Position numbers and translations under genes: made by a program. A stretch of DNA of 61,105 bases, taken from the NCBI GenBank assembly GCA_001784565.1, contig MFRL01000064.1, forward strand, positions 1-61,105, in the 5' to 3' direction. The notes beneath the pieces were generated by a model that ran no database searches, was not told the origin of the DNA, and saw nothing but the letters and a program-made list of their open reading frames with translations. This document shows positions 10,501 through 19,169 of the stretch, piece after piece. The DNA comes from Candidatus Melainabacteria bacterium GWF2_37_15. GTDB taxonomy: Bacteria; Cyanobacteriota; Vampirovibrionia; Gastranaerophilales; UBA9971. Every line of letters begins with the position of its first letter. Position 1 is the stretch's first letter.

Positions 10501-13037
10501 TACCTATTGATCCGAATACTATGGATGTTACACAGGTCACTAACCTGTATAATTCTGTCAAAAAATACATAACCAGCCTTGATACTGAATATAGTGATAA
10601 TAGAATCTCTGAAAGCGAATTAATAAAAAAATACAAATCACTTGGACTATCTGATAACATTGCAAAAGATGTCATGGCGTCTCAGGATGCAAATAGTGAC
10701 GGATATTTAGACCTAATAGAATGGCTAAATACCAGTTTACAATTTGATGCAAATCACACAGGGATACTGGATTTCAATGAATTAATGAATTTGTACCAGA
10801 CAGCTACCGGAATAGAGTTAAATGCCACTGATGCTAACATTAAACAGCAACAGACTATGTATAACTCTGCATTAACAGCTATGAATACATACGATCTTAA
10901 CAGTGACAAAAGGATGTCCGGTACGGAATTCAAAAAATGGTTATCAGCCAGCTTTGGAATGACAGATAGTATGGCGAGCCAGGTTGTTAGTAATTATGAT
11001 TCCTTGATTGGAAATGGTGATGGGGAATTTGACGTCCTGGAATTAACAAAAGCTTTAGTAGATTTTGATGTAAATGGTAATGGCGTCTGGGACAAAGATG
11101 AAAAATTGAATTTCGTTGATAATGCATTACCACATATTGATTTAGGTGGTGTAAACGGAACTAACGTAACACAATATTCGAGTTTGTTAAGCTTCACAAC
11201 CTCTAAAACAAGCGCTTATGGCGGCGGTGATAATGAATTAACCGGTGCAGAATTTAAAAAATGGTTGGGAAGTGCCTATGCACTTACAGATGATATAGCA
11301 AACCAGGTAGTAAGCCATTATGATACGAGTGGAAATGGCCAGATGGATACATTGGAATTAGCACAGGCCATGATTGCACTTAATACAAACAATAATGGCA
11401 CATGGGATAATGATGAAAGACTGAATTTCATTGATAACGCCTTACCGTCCATTGATTTAGGCGGGGTAGATGCAAACAATGTCACGCAATATTGGAGCTT
11501 ATTCAGCTTCGCATTTGATAGAATAAAATCTAATGGGGGCGGTGATTATAAATTAACAAGCGCAGAGTTCAAAACCTGGTTAGGCGGCGCTTATGGACTC
11601 ACAAATGAAATGACAGATCAGGTAATCAGCTATTATGATACAAATGGCGATGAAATGATGGATGTTATGGAATTAACTCAGGCTATGATTTCGGTTAATG
11701 CAAACTCTAATGGTGCATGGGACAACGATGAAAGGCTAAATTTCTTTGATAATGCAATGGAATCCATAAATTTAGGCGGCGTAGACAGCAATAATCTTAA
11801 GCAATATTGGAGTTTATTTAATTTTGCCATTGAAAAAGTAAAAACATATGGGAACGGTGACAATAAATTAACCAATGTAGAGCTCAAAAAATGGCTTGGA
11901 AGTGTTTATGCTTTAACAGATGAAATGGCTGACCAGGCAATTAGCTACTATGATACAGATGGTGATAGTCAGGTGGATGCGCTGGAATTAACCCAGGCAT
12001 TGCAAAATGTTGACGCAAACGCTAATGGTATATGGGATAATGATGAAAGGCTGAATTTCTTTGATAACGCCTTACCATCTATCGATTTAGGCGGTGTTGG
12101 TTCTGATAATGTCACGCAGTATTGGAAATTATATAATTATGCAATCACTTGTATTAAAACTGCTGACCTGAACTTTAACAGAAATTTATCCCAGAGCGAA
12201 TATCGTTTATACCTTGAAAAACAGGGGATACCGAATTATATAGCTGATGCAGCTCTTAGTGCTTATGATACTAACAAAGACGGTGAAATGGATGCACTAG
12301 AATTTACAAAAGCTCTTACAAACTTTGATCATAACCAGAATGGTGTATGGGACTTTGATGAAAAGATGGATTTCTACGAAGCTAACTCCGGCGTAACATT
12401 AAATGCGGATTCAACTAATAATACTCAGTACACTAAGTTATTTGCTAAAGCCTCAGCTTTTGTTAACCCGTTGGATCTTGATAAAAATAAAGGCTACAGC
12501 GCTGATGAATACAAGGTATACCTTAAAAAGCAAGGATTACCGGAATACTTAGCAGACGGTATGTTGTCCCTTTATGATTTTAATAAGGATGGAATGATAG
12601 ATATTATAGAACAAACCAGGGCTTATATAGACTTAGATATAAATAAATCAGGAGCAATTGAATTTGATGAGCTTATGAATTATAACAAAAAGCTTGCCGG
12701 TGCAACCGGGTATAATTTTAGTTTTACTGCAGACTTAAATAATACATATCAGCTTAACAAAATTTATACCAGCCAGCTTGCGACTTTAAAAACAAGAGAT
12801 TCAAACTATGACCGTACACTTCAGGCGTCAGAGTATGAACGTGCGCTTATTGCTGCCGGATTTACAGCAGCAGAAGCTTCAACTATGGCAGTAAATGCTG
12901 TTGCACAATACGATTTTAATCATGATGGCGGAATTGATGTATTCGAATGGATGGACACAGTATTAAGATTTGATGTAAACAAAAATGGAGTCCTTGATAC
13001 AGCTGAAAAAACCAGCTTTTACAATAGTATGAAATAA
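7581..13037 (+). CDS. Giant multi-EF-hand Ca2+-binding protein (17 modules x 3 EF-hand-like loops)
   Basis: About 51 DxxxDGxxxxxE-type loops counted by eye (e.g. DANDDGIITNEE, DGDGDGEISVDE, DFNHDGGIDVFE), some degenerate; no signal peptide or TM segment. Confidence 0.92.
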   Translation: MGLPINFLNILNLYNIRDFSEFSGTDAYTIDDNVSIFFSSLENVAGNPVDGQISLAEYNKFLKLVNLPSYMSNGFFNTFDANDDGIITNEEFSNGLSSFDSNNNDTLDWNEGINIYNSFSNADIPSDITFTQYSNFLSTSQGAINFYDKNADGKIDSSEYTTILKNMGLDDSGATAGNLIDLYDRDNDNAINFEEFFLQNLQWDTNEDGVIEFDEGEAGELINNLPWYLRPSDSFTAIQKMVSSLIKSYDKDANKELSRDEFMNYMVKTAYFPKSMAEEIWSAHSSGDSLSFDSLVSLYEGFDSNNDDEMKYGELISFINSFSNIQIDSAAISETQYTGLYKLGAQAIKGYDGDGDGEISVDEYRAAIKQAETSYKNAGKELPEGFGQHMAENFVRLFDMDKTGTVSILEIINQYALSDSNKDGAVSSGEFLNMQERIEDKTLWNNVNEEFITNGDKDYDKALSLTELQNVLVTKGLPKYIAENAFTLFDSNQDAKLSRLELMEAFSRYDNSTVNTDYIEGETGEDYTLYTGNSNQVLDADEKLAMYEDLSGIAYTPDPAKRAQYEKILASSQELIKNYDMYKDGVLSADEYKKHFKAIGLPDYLADAIISAHDVSGDGSFDLLENLKLMLDYDLNQNGTLEFNEEFTLYDNLTGVGLNITEENKLQYSKLYTTVKNFLSASDISSNQVLNRDGSLQIDELAKYFISKGLPQDYADMALAAYDVNTDGGLDILEWMKAYAEFDVDGDGNIGESEELAFFDHIAGTDLSGITDSQMYAKIEDAASLLIQTYDKSDNNKKLSEAELIERMKSLGLPDYIAGEALEAFDLNADGGVDKLEWMKAYTGVDHNQNGVLEFNEELELYSNLSSSGLISASADDLKQYSTIYNSLKKFMTLRDDTTDRILNADELKDYFTQLELPEYMATEAVKLYDKNGDNGLDIYEWMLPNIEFDINKNGILEFNEVMGMNGVIADPDLPIDPNTMDVTQVTNLYNSVKKYITSLDTEYSDNRISESELIKKYKSLGLSDNIAKDVMASQDANSDGYLDLIEWLNTSLQFDANHTGILDFNELMNLYQTATGIELNATDANIKQQQTMYNSALTAMNTYDLNSDKRMSGTEFKKWLSASFGMTDSMASQVVSNYDSLIGNGDGEFDVLELTKALVDFDVNGNGVWDKDEKLNFVDNALPHIDLGGVNGTNVTQYSSLLSFTTSKTSAYGGGDNELTGAEFKKWLGSAYALTDDIANQVVSHYDTSGNGQMDTLELAQAMIALNTNNNGTWDNDERLNFIDNALPSIDLGGVDANNVTQYWSLFSFAFDRIKSNGGGDYKLTSAEFKTWLGGAYGLTNEMTDQVISYYDTNGDEMMDVMELTQAMISVNANSNGAWDNDERLNFFDNAMESINLGGVDSNNLKQYWSLFNFAIEKVKTYGNGDNKLTNVELKKWLGSVYALTDEMADQAISYYDTDGDSQVDALELTQALQNVDANANGIWDNDERLNFFDNALPSIDLGGVGSDNVTQYWKLYNYAITCIKTADLNFNRNLSQSEYRLYLEKQGIPNYIADAALSAYDTNKDGEMDALEFTKALTNFDHNQNGVWDFDEKMDFYEANSGVTLNADSTNNTQYTKLFAKASAFVNPLDLDKNKGYSADEYKVYLKKQGLPEYLADGMLSLYDFNKDGMIDIIEQTRAYIDLDINKSGAIEFDELMNYNKKLAGATGYNFSFTADLNNTYQLNKIYTSQLATLKTRDSNYDRTLQASEYERALIAAGFTAAEASTMAVNAVAQYDFNHDGGIDVFEWMDTVLRFDVNKNGVLDTAEKTSFYNSMK
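10900..12200 (+). repeat. 315-bp coding tandem repeat (105-aa module) inside the EF-hand gene
   Basis: ttgataa(t/c)gc...atttagg block at ~11116, 11431, 11746 and 12061 (LNF.DNA...I.LGGV). Confidence 0.85.
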
Positions 13038-13064
13038 AATGCCAGGAAAGGTTATTAAACTTAT

Positions 13065-13724
13065 ATGTTTAAACGTTTTACAAAAAAAATTATTCGTAAC
13101 GGTATAAAAAATATACTTACCGGGGATGATTCCCTCTCTATCGATGGTGAACAACGGGTTATAAAGGAAGAAATTAACAAACAAGCCCGTGAAGTCCTTA
13201 AAAACGCAATAGATAAACCTGAAATACTGCTTGATTTTATAAAATCAAAAGGGACCCAAATTGTAAAATCTAAGCATATACATAAAATTCTCTTGCTTTT
13301 CGGTGAAACTGAAGGGTTTATTACACCAATGAAAGGGATAAAAGCCCTGTTATTCACAACCGTTATTAATATGTTTTCCCCGGTTAAGTTGAAAGCAGGG
13401 TTTAGTACGCCTGCAATTTTCGCATTAAATGATGAGCCGGTGAATATCTACATATTAGCCCATCAATTTCACCTCTGGCTGTCTTATATAAACAATCTTC
13501 CAGGATTTGAGGAAAGAACACTGTATAATTTTAAAAATTTCTGGAAGCAGGGGCATCAATCACAAGATGTATCATATCTTTCCGTTGATGAGATATTCTC
13601 GTTGAAAGACATAATAGCAAGGGAACTTGAGGCACTGAGTTTTGTGAAGGAACTTGGCAGGGAATTTGAGGGACAGAAAAAATCCATTAAAAAGCTTAGG
13701 GAAGGTGGAAGTGTGAATTTGTAG
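13065..13724 (+). CDS. Hypothetical protein
   Basis: 219-aa ORF directly downstream of the EF-hand gene; no family recognised. Confidence 0.7.
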   Translation: MFKRFTKKIIRNGIKNILTGDDSLSIDGEQRVIKEEINKQAREVLKNAIDKPEILLDFIKSKGTQIVKSKHIHKILLLFGETEGFITPMKGIKALLFTTVINMFSPVKLKAGFSTPAIFALNDEPVNIYILAHQFHLWLSYINNLPGFEERTLYNFKNFWKQGHQSQDVSYLSVDEIFSLKDIIARELEALSFVKELGREFEGQKKSIKKLREGGSVNL

Positions 13725-13762
13725 AAGAATATTGGTAGTGGTTGAAAAGTAACTGATTTTTG

Positions 13763-13807
13763 TCAAAAATAATAAAAAATTTTAAATTTATAAGGCCTTT
13801 TCCTCAT
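13763..13807 (-). pseudogene. Probable 5' relic of a HEPN/DUF86 toxin gene
   Basis: ATGA overlap with the MNT stop codon gives MRKRPYKFKIFYYF*, resembling DUF86 N-termini (M.KR.Y.L/F), then stops after 14 codons. Confidence 0.4.
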
Positions 13808-14103
13808 ACATATATAACCTCGCTAAGAATATATTTTTCCAATGCAGGATGAATACCTTTCTTAGAAACAAGGTCAATTTTTTTATTAAAAATTTTGCTT
13901 AAAAACATTTGCATTCCGCAAAATTTAATTACACCAACAGAATGCCCTCTTTTTAAAGTGACAAGAACATCTATATCACTATTTTCAGTTTGCTCATTTC
14001 TTGCATAAGAGCCAAATACTCCTAATTCCTCGACAGAATATTCTTTTTCAAGGATAGGCTTTACTTCTTTTAGTTTTTCAATGATATTTTCAAGCTCGGA
14101 CAT
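13804..14103 (-). CDS. Minimal nucleotidyltransferase (MntA-type antitoxin)
   Basis: GVFGSYARNEQ.ENSDIDVLV motif. Likely start MSELENII at 14103; the longer track ORF overlaps ugd. Confidence 0.9.
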   Translation of the reverse strand: MSELENIIEKLKEVKPILEKEYSVEELGVFGSYARNEQTENSDIDVLVTLKRGHSVGVIKFCGMQMFLSKIFNKKIDLVSKKGIHPALEKYILSEVIYV

Positions 14104-14191
14104 GTTATAAATTATACCATTATATAATAGGACAGCACATAATTTTTTAAGTATAATAATTTCATTCTTAGGAATAATCAGGAGAAGAAAA

Positions 14192-15517
14192 ATGAGAATT
14201 TGCGTTATAGGAACTGGATATGTCGGGCTTGTGGCCGGAACCTGTCTTGCTGAAATGGGTAATGACGTTATATGCGTAGACAATAACGAAGAAAAAATCA
14301 AGGAACTCCGTCAGGGTAAGGTTCCTATTTACGAACCGGGGCTTGAAGAACTTATAATTTCAAATACACGTGAGGGAAGGCTGGTATTTTCCACTGACCT
14401 TGACTCAGCAGTAAAAAATTCCTTAATTTGCTTTATAGCAGTCGGAACTCCGCAGGGTGATGACGGTTCAGCCGATCTGCAATATGTGTTTAAAGTTGCA
14501 GAAGAAATAGCAAAATCAATGGATGAATATAAAGTTGTTGTAAATAAAAGCACTGTGCCGGTCGGTACAGCTCAAAAAGTCACAGAACACATTAAGTCAT
14601 TTACTTCCTGCGATTTTGATGTGGTGTCTAACCCGGAATTCCTGAAACAGGGCGCTGCTGTGGATGATTTCCTTAAGCCTGACAGGATAATAATTGGCTC
14701 TGATTCCCAGAAAGCCACGGAAATTATGCAGGAAGTTTACAGTCCGTTCTTAAGAACAGGAAACCCTATCATTATTATGGATGTTAAATCCGCTGAAATG
14801 GCTAAATATGCGGCAAATTCATTTCTTGCAACTAAAATTTCATTTATAAACGAGCTTGCCAATATTTGCGAGAAAGTAGGCGCAGATGTCGAGCAGGTAA
14901 GGATTGGTATGAGTACTGACAGAAGAATAGGCAGTCAATTCCTTTTCCCTGGCCTGGGTTACGGTGGTTCATGCTTTCCAAAAGATGTAAAAGCCCTTAT
15001 AAAAATTGCTCAGGATAATATTATCCCCTGCGGAATACTTAAAGCAGCTGATGAAACCAACAGCACACAGCGGAAAATCTTTATAGAGAGGATTTTTAAC
15101 TATTTTAACAATGATGTAAAGGGTAAAACATTTGCGCTGTGGGGGCTGGCATTTAAGCCAAGAACAAATGATATGAGGGAAGCGCCCGCTATAACTATCA
15201 TAAATACCCTTCTGGAAAAAGGTGCAAGCATAATAGCCTACGATCCTAAGGCAACTGACGAAGCAAAAAGAATTTTTGGTAATACTATCACTTATGTTAC
15301 TAGCAGCTATGATGCTTTGATTGGCGCGGATGCTTTGATTCTGGCTACTGAGTGGAATGAATTCCGGCGGCCTGACTTTGAAAGAATTAAAAAATCACTT
15401 AAAAATCCTGTAATATTTGACGGCAGAAACCAATATGACGTGAAAAGAATGCAGGAAAGAGGATTCGATTACATTTGCGTAGGGAAAAGAACCGAAAAAC
15501 AGACAGCTAAGGTTTGA
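14192..15517 (+). CDS. ugd: UDP-glucose 6-dehydrogenase
   Basis: IGTGYVGL, KSTVPVGT, SNPEFL, GYGGSCFPKD, GLAFKP, DGRN motifs. Confidence 0.96.
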   Translation: MRICVIGTGYVGLVAGTCLAEMGNDVICVDNNEEKIKELRQGKVPIYEPGLEELIISNTREGRLVFSTDLDSAVKNSLICFIAVGTPQGDDGSADLQYVFKVAEEIAKSMDEYKVVVNKSTVPVGTAQKVTEHIKSFTSCDFDVVSNPEFLKQGAAVDDFLKPDRIIIGSDSQKATEIMQEVYSPFLRTGNPIIIMDVKSAEMAKYAANSFLATKISFINELANICEKVGADVEQVRIGMSTDRRIGSQFLFPGLGYGGSCFPKDVKALIKIAQDNIIPCGILKAADETNSTQRKIFIERIFNYFNNDVKGKTFALWGLAFKPRTNDMREAPAITIINTLLEKGASIIAYDPKATDEAKRIFGNTITYVTSSYDALIGADALILATEWNEFRRPDFERIKKSLKNPVIFDGRNQYDVKRMQERGFDYICVGKRTEKQTAKV

Positions 15518-15522
15518 TTTAG

Positions 15523-16536
15523 ATGCCTGAAATGAGAAGAAACCCAATTACGGGTGAGTGGGCAATAATAGCCACAGAAAGAGCAAAACGACCATACAAT
15601 CATACTTTTGACGAAGATGTTTTCATAAGCGGAAATGCTCATGATTCTACGTGCTGTTTTTGTTACGGTAATGAACACACAACACCGCCGGAAGTACTTA
15701 CTTATCGGGAAAAGCCTAATGCTTCCAATATGTCCGGCTGGACGTTGAGGGTAGTTACAAATAAATTTTCCGCACTTAGCCCTGATGGTGAGTTTAATAT
15801 CACAAATGATGGATCATTGAAGTCTTTTACTTATGCAAGAGGCAATGCTGACGTTGTTATTGAATCACCGCACCATACTTTAAACACAGCCCTGTTTCCT
15901 TTGCCACAAATTAAGCTTGTTTTAAAGGCATACAGAGAAAGGTATATTGCTTTAGCGAAAGATCCATTAATACAATATATAGCAATCTTTAAAAATAATG
16001 GCATTGAAGCAGGCGCAACTCTTTCCCACCCGCACAGCCAGATTATTGCTACGCCTGTTGTTCCTCCGGTTATTGAGTATGAAATTGCCGGTGCTAAAAA
16101 ATATTTTAAAGACAATAATCGGTGTGTATACTGCGATATGATTGAGGATGAGCTAAAAGATGGTTCTAGGGTTATATATGAAAACGAGGAATTCCTTTCG
16201 TTTGCGCCGTATGCGTCTAAATCGCCGTTTGAAACGTGGGTGATGCCTAAATTCCACAGCAGTTGTTATGAGGATTTAACCAACAGCCAGCTTAAAAGTC
16301 TTGCGCAGGTGTGGAAAATTACTTTATACAAGATTTATAAAGGGTTGGATAACCCACCATATAACTATTACATCCATACTTCACCAACGCAGCAGGACAC
16401 TAAAAAATTCTATCACTGGCATATGGAACTGATCCCAAAAATGACAGTATTAGCGGGTTTTGAGCTTGGTACAGGGATGTGCATAAATATAGCAGTACCT
16501 GAGCATAGCGCTGAGTATTTGAGGGAAGTAATTTAG
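15523..16536 (+). CDS. galT: Galactose-1-phosphate uridylyltransferase
   Basis: RAKRP, C.FC.GNE, NKFSAL, GATLSHPHSQI, HWHMEL..GFELGTG motifs. Confidence 0.93.
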   Translation: MPEMRRNPITGEWAIIATERAKRPYNHTFDEDVFISGNAHDSTCCFCYGNEHTTPPEVLTYREKPNASNMSGWTLRVVTNKFSALSPDGEFNITNDGSLKSFTYARGNADVVIESPHHTLNTALFPLPQIKLVLKAYRERYIALAKDPLIQYIAIFKNNGIEAGATLSHPHSQIIATPVVPPVIEYEIAGAKKYFKDNNRCVYCDMIEDELKDGSRVIYENEEFLSFAPYASKSPFETWVMPKFHSSCYEDLTNSQLKSLAQVWKITLYKIYKGLDNPPYNYYIHTSPTQQDTKKFYHWHMELIPKMTVLAGFELGTGMCINIAVPEHSAEYLREVI

Positions 16537-16888
16537 TTAGCTTTTGTCTTATTAAAAAATAAATTTCTGAATTTATTTTTTATAAAAAAATTTCTTTATA
16601 ATTTAAAAATTTAATTTTTTTATATATCTTATTATACCATATTTTAATTAATATCTCAAGATCATATGGCGAGAATTGATTACTGGCAAGAGTTTTGCCA
16701 AATGGAGTAAGGAGAGAAAATCCTCTTTTTTACATAATTTTTCATTTTGGATTATCAGAAATTGTTGTTAAAAGTCAGTTTTTTTTCTTATATTTTTTTA
16801 TAAAAAAGCAGTCAAATTTTAGCCAAAATTCCGTTTAGATTCAGTCAAAATTGAGCTGTTTCGGATTATCAGAAATTTTTTAATAGGA

Positions 16889-17057
16889 CAGGGCTGTTCA
16901 ATTCCAACACTGCATGTAAACTGTGGGTCAAAGGCTCACTTAGACAGATTCTCACGTCGGGCGAAAAAACAGCCCTATCGCTTTCATTCCTGATAACTTG
17001 CTCGCCCTCCTCAGAAAGACATTCGGAGCTGGTTGGTGTTTGTATTGAACAACCCTG
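16889..17057. mobile_element. MITE/REP-like element, copy A, with 14-bp terminal inverted repeats
   Basis: CAGGGCTGTTCAAT (16889-16902) / ATTGAACAACCCTG (17044-17057); the interior closely matches 34513-34672. Confidence 0.65.
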
Positions 17058-17064
17058 CAATTTT

Positions 17065-17331
17065 TTAAACCTTTACTGCAAAAGATTTAGCACGTTCTTT
17101 TGCCATTTTTTCTAAACCTGGCTCCATTGCATTTGAGGCCATGTAAGTAAATTCTGCCAATAATTTTTGTCGTATAAGATCGTTCTCTGCCTGATGAGCC
17201 GCAAAAACTGGCATTTTACCTGATGCGGCGGTCGTAGCATTTCCTAATGCTGCGTTAGGAATCTGCTGTGTTAATGCGAATTCACTATTTGAAATTCTGT
17301 TCATGTTTCCCATTAAATCTACTGCGCACAT
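17065..17331 (-). CDS. Small hypothetical protein
   Basis: 88 aa, AAGGT RBS; C-terminus KMAKERAKSFAVKV resembles that of the upstream small ORF. Confidence 0.7.
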   Translation of the reverse strand: MCAVDLMGNMNRISNSEFALTQQIPNAALGNATTAASGKMPVFAAHQAENDLIRQKLLAEFTYMASNAMEPGLEKMAKERAKSFAVKV

Positions 17332-17400
17332 GTTTTATTACCTTATTTACCTTATACATGAATAAAAACATTCTGATTGAAAAAATTGCTGGTAATTAAT

Positions 17401-17574
17401 TTATATATGCAGTGTAAAAGATCGTTTTACAGCTCCATTAGCCATCTTTGTGGTGGATTTAAGCATTTCAGTTGTTGCCTGGCAGCCGAAAATCGAGCTT
17501 TGCTGGTCTGCGTTAAGCTTCTTTTCAAAGGATGCAGGTTTACTGATGATTGATTTGGCAACAGGGTTAATCAT
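17401..17574 (-). CDS. Small hypothetical protein (57 aa, not in ORF track)
   Basis: MINPVAKSIISKPASFEKKLNADQQSSIFGCQATTEMLKSTTKMANGAVKRSFTLHI*; motif similarity to neighbours; the shared upstream DNA motif ends 6 nt before the ATG (leaderless-like). Confidence 0.65.
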   Translation of the reverse strand: MINPVAKSIISKPASFEKKLNADQQSSIFGCQATTEMLKSTTKMANGAVKRSFTLHI

Positions 17575-17632
17575 TATACTTATATAAACGCTAATTTATG
17601 CATGAAATTTACTTTTTTGTAATAATAATAAA

Positions 17633-18019
17633 ATGATACAAAACCTTTTATCAATTGCAGCTGGCGGCGCGATAGGAGCGATTTTACGGTTTTTAATGTG
17701 TGAAGCTACATTTAAAATCACAGGAATTGCTTATCCTTTGGGCACAATACTCGTGAACCTTACAGGCTGCTTCTTTATCGGCCTGATTTGGGGTGTATTC
17801 AGCATTTTTGAAGCTGGCAATACTACGAAACTCTTTATCTTTACCGGTTTGTTGGGCGCATTTACCACATTTTCAACATTTGCGCTGGAAAATTTTTATT
17901 TAATCAGGAATGGAGAAATCCAGCAATTTGCCTTTAATGTTTTAATAAGCAATATAGGTGGCATCCTTTTGGTTTTTGCTGGATTCTATGTTGCAAAAAT
18001 ACTTGCTTATAAGTATTGA
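17633..18019 (+). CDS. crcB: Fluoride channel CrcB/FluC
   Basis: GGAIGAILR, GTILVNLTG, TGLLGAFTTFSTF motifs; 4 TM. Confidence 0.95.
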   Translation: MIQNLLSIAAGGAIGAILRFLMCEATFKITGIAYPLGTILVNLTGCFFIGLIWGVFSIFEAGNTTKLFIFTGLLGAFTTFSTFALENFYLIRNGEIQQFAFNVLISNIGGILLVFAGFYVAKILAYKY

Positions 18020-18067
18020 TTGTGTTAACTATATAACAATATTACTATACTAGGAGAAATCTCGAAC

Positions 18068-18532
18068 ATGCTAAAAATTCGTCTTAAAAGACTTGGATCA
18101 AAGAAAAACCCAATATATAGAGTAATAGTTATTGATGGAAGAGAAAAAAGAGAAGGCCGGGCTTTAGAAGAGCTTGGACATTACAATCCAAGAAGAAAAG
18201 AATTAAAACTGGACAAGGTAAAAGCTTTAGGTTGGGTAAAAAATGGTGCACAGCCTACAGATACAGTTAAGTATTTAATTGATAACAGTGACGATGCTGG
18301 AAGCCTTGTAAGAAAACAAGTTGTAGAAGAAAAATTATCTAAAAAAGCAAAAGCTAAACAGGAAGCTGAAGAAAAAGCCAAAGTAGAAGCAAAAGCTAAA
18401 GCTGAAGAAGAAGCGAAAGCCAAAAAAGAAGCTGAAGCCCAGGCTCAAAAAGAAGCTGCAGAAAAAGCTGAAGCTGAAGTTAAAGTTGAAGAAGTTAAAA
18501 CAGAAGAAGCTGAACCAGCAGCTGCTGAATAG
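18068..18532 (+). CDS. rpsP: 30S ribosomal protein S16 with an Ala/Glu/Lys-rich C-terminal extension
   Basis: [21 protein letters not shown]...ELGHYNP...GAQPTDTV. Confidence 0.97.
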   Translation: MLKIRLKRLGSKKNPIYRVIVIDGREKREGRALEELGHYNPRRKELKLDKVKALGWVKNGAQPTDTVKYLIDNSDDAGSLVRKQVVEEKLSKKAKAKQEAEEKAKVEAKAKAEEEAKAKKEAEAQAQKEAAEKAEAEVKVEEVKTEEAEPAAAE

Positions 18533-18547
18533 CAAAAATAAAATATT

Positions 18548-18583
18548 AAAAGAGAGTCGGTATTTCAACCGACTCTCTTTTTT
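18548..18583. terminator. Bidirectional intrinsic terminator
   Basis: AAAGAGAGTCGG-tatttcaa-CCGACTCTCTTT hairpin plus T-run, between convergent genes. Confidence 0.85.
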
Positions 18584-18593
18584 GTGTAAAACA

Positions 18594-19079
18594 TTATGCT
18601 AATATATTAAGCGGTTTTCTTTTATTATTTTTAGAGTTCTGTTCAGGGTTCTGTTCGTTTTCTGCAAGTTTTGACTCAAATTGCTGGCGTTCCATGTTTG
18701 CTCGCTTCGCACTAAATAGAACTTGCCTTCCTCTATTTGCAATTGTTTTATCAGCATCAGATAACCCATCTGAAGGGGCTTCTGCTCCTGAAATTGTATG
18801 TTCTGCTGCTCTGATTGTTTTATCAATTGTTGACCTGGAAGCAGTAAAGTTTATGGGGGCAGGAATTGAAATAACCTGATGGCCGCCAATTATTGCTTCC
18901 ATTGATTGTCCCTTGCCAAAAGCAATTTTTTGCCTGATATAAACAGGAGTACCAACAGCCTGCGGGCCTGCTGCGCTTTTATGCGCTTCTTCATGCGCAA
19001 TTACTTTGGAGTTTTGCGCTTGAATTCTGGATTTCATCGCAGCAAATCCATTATTATTCATAACAGGGTTTATAGACAC
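18594..19079 (-). CDS. SprA-related (CJM1_0395-like) putative Zn metalloprotease, paralogue 1
   Basis: V.AHEEAH..AAG, A..GGH, A.AP...LS.AD motifs; ends KPLNILA; paralogous to 27576..28163. Confidence 0.7.
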   Translation of the reverse strand: MSINPVMNNNGFAAMKSRIQAQNSKVIAHEEAHKSAAGPQAVGTPVYIRQKIAFGKGQSMEAIIGGHQVISIPAPINFTASRSTIDKTIRAAEHTISGAEAPSDGLSDADKTIANRGRQVLFSAKRANMERQQFESKLAENEQNPEQNSKNNKRKPLNILA

Positions 19080-19169
19080 TTTTACCTCAATGACATAGCT
19101 TCACCAATTATATTAAAACCGGGATCAGGCAAAAATTAACACTTTGCGCAACAAAAATTTACATAAAAA

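Noticed and set aside
13440-13480. LAHQFH as a metalloprotease motif in 13065..13724
   Set aside because: Not HExxH spacing and no catalytic Glu.
14104-14301. Long N-terminus of the MNT ORF
   Set aside because: Overlaps ugd on the opposite strand; MNT domains are about 100 aa.
16580-16744. Minus-strand frame MKNYVKRGFSLL... resembling a prepilin start
   Set aside because: No Glu at +5, no hydrophobic helix, no RBS; runs into low-complexity AT-rich DNA.
16869-17060. 63-aa minus-strand ORF
   Set aside because: Coincides with repeat element A; likely incidental translation of the repeat.
17575-17632. Fluoride riboswitch upstream of crcB
   Set aside because: The spacer is only 58 nt of AT-rich DNA with no GGCGATG...GCTGATG core.
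18310-18532. AEEKAK-type repeats in the S16 tail
   Set aside because: Low-complexity C-terminal extensions of S16 are known in several phyla.
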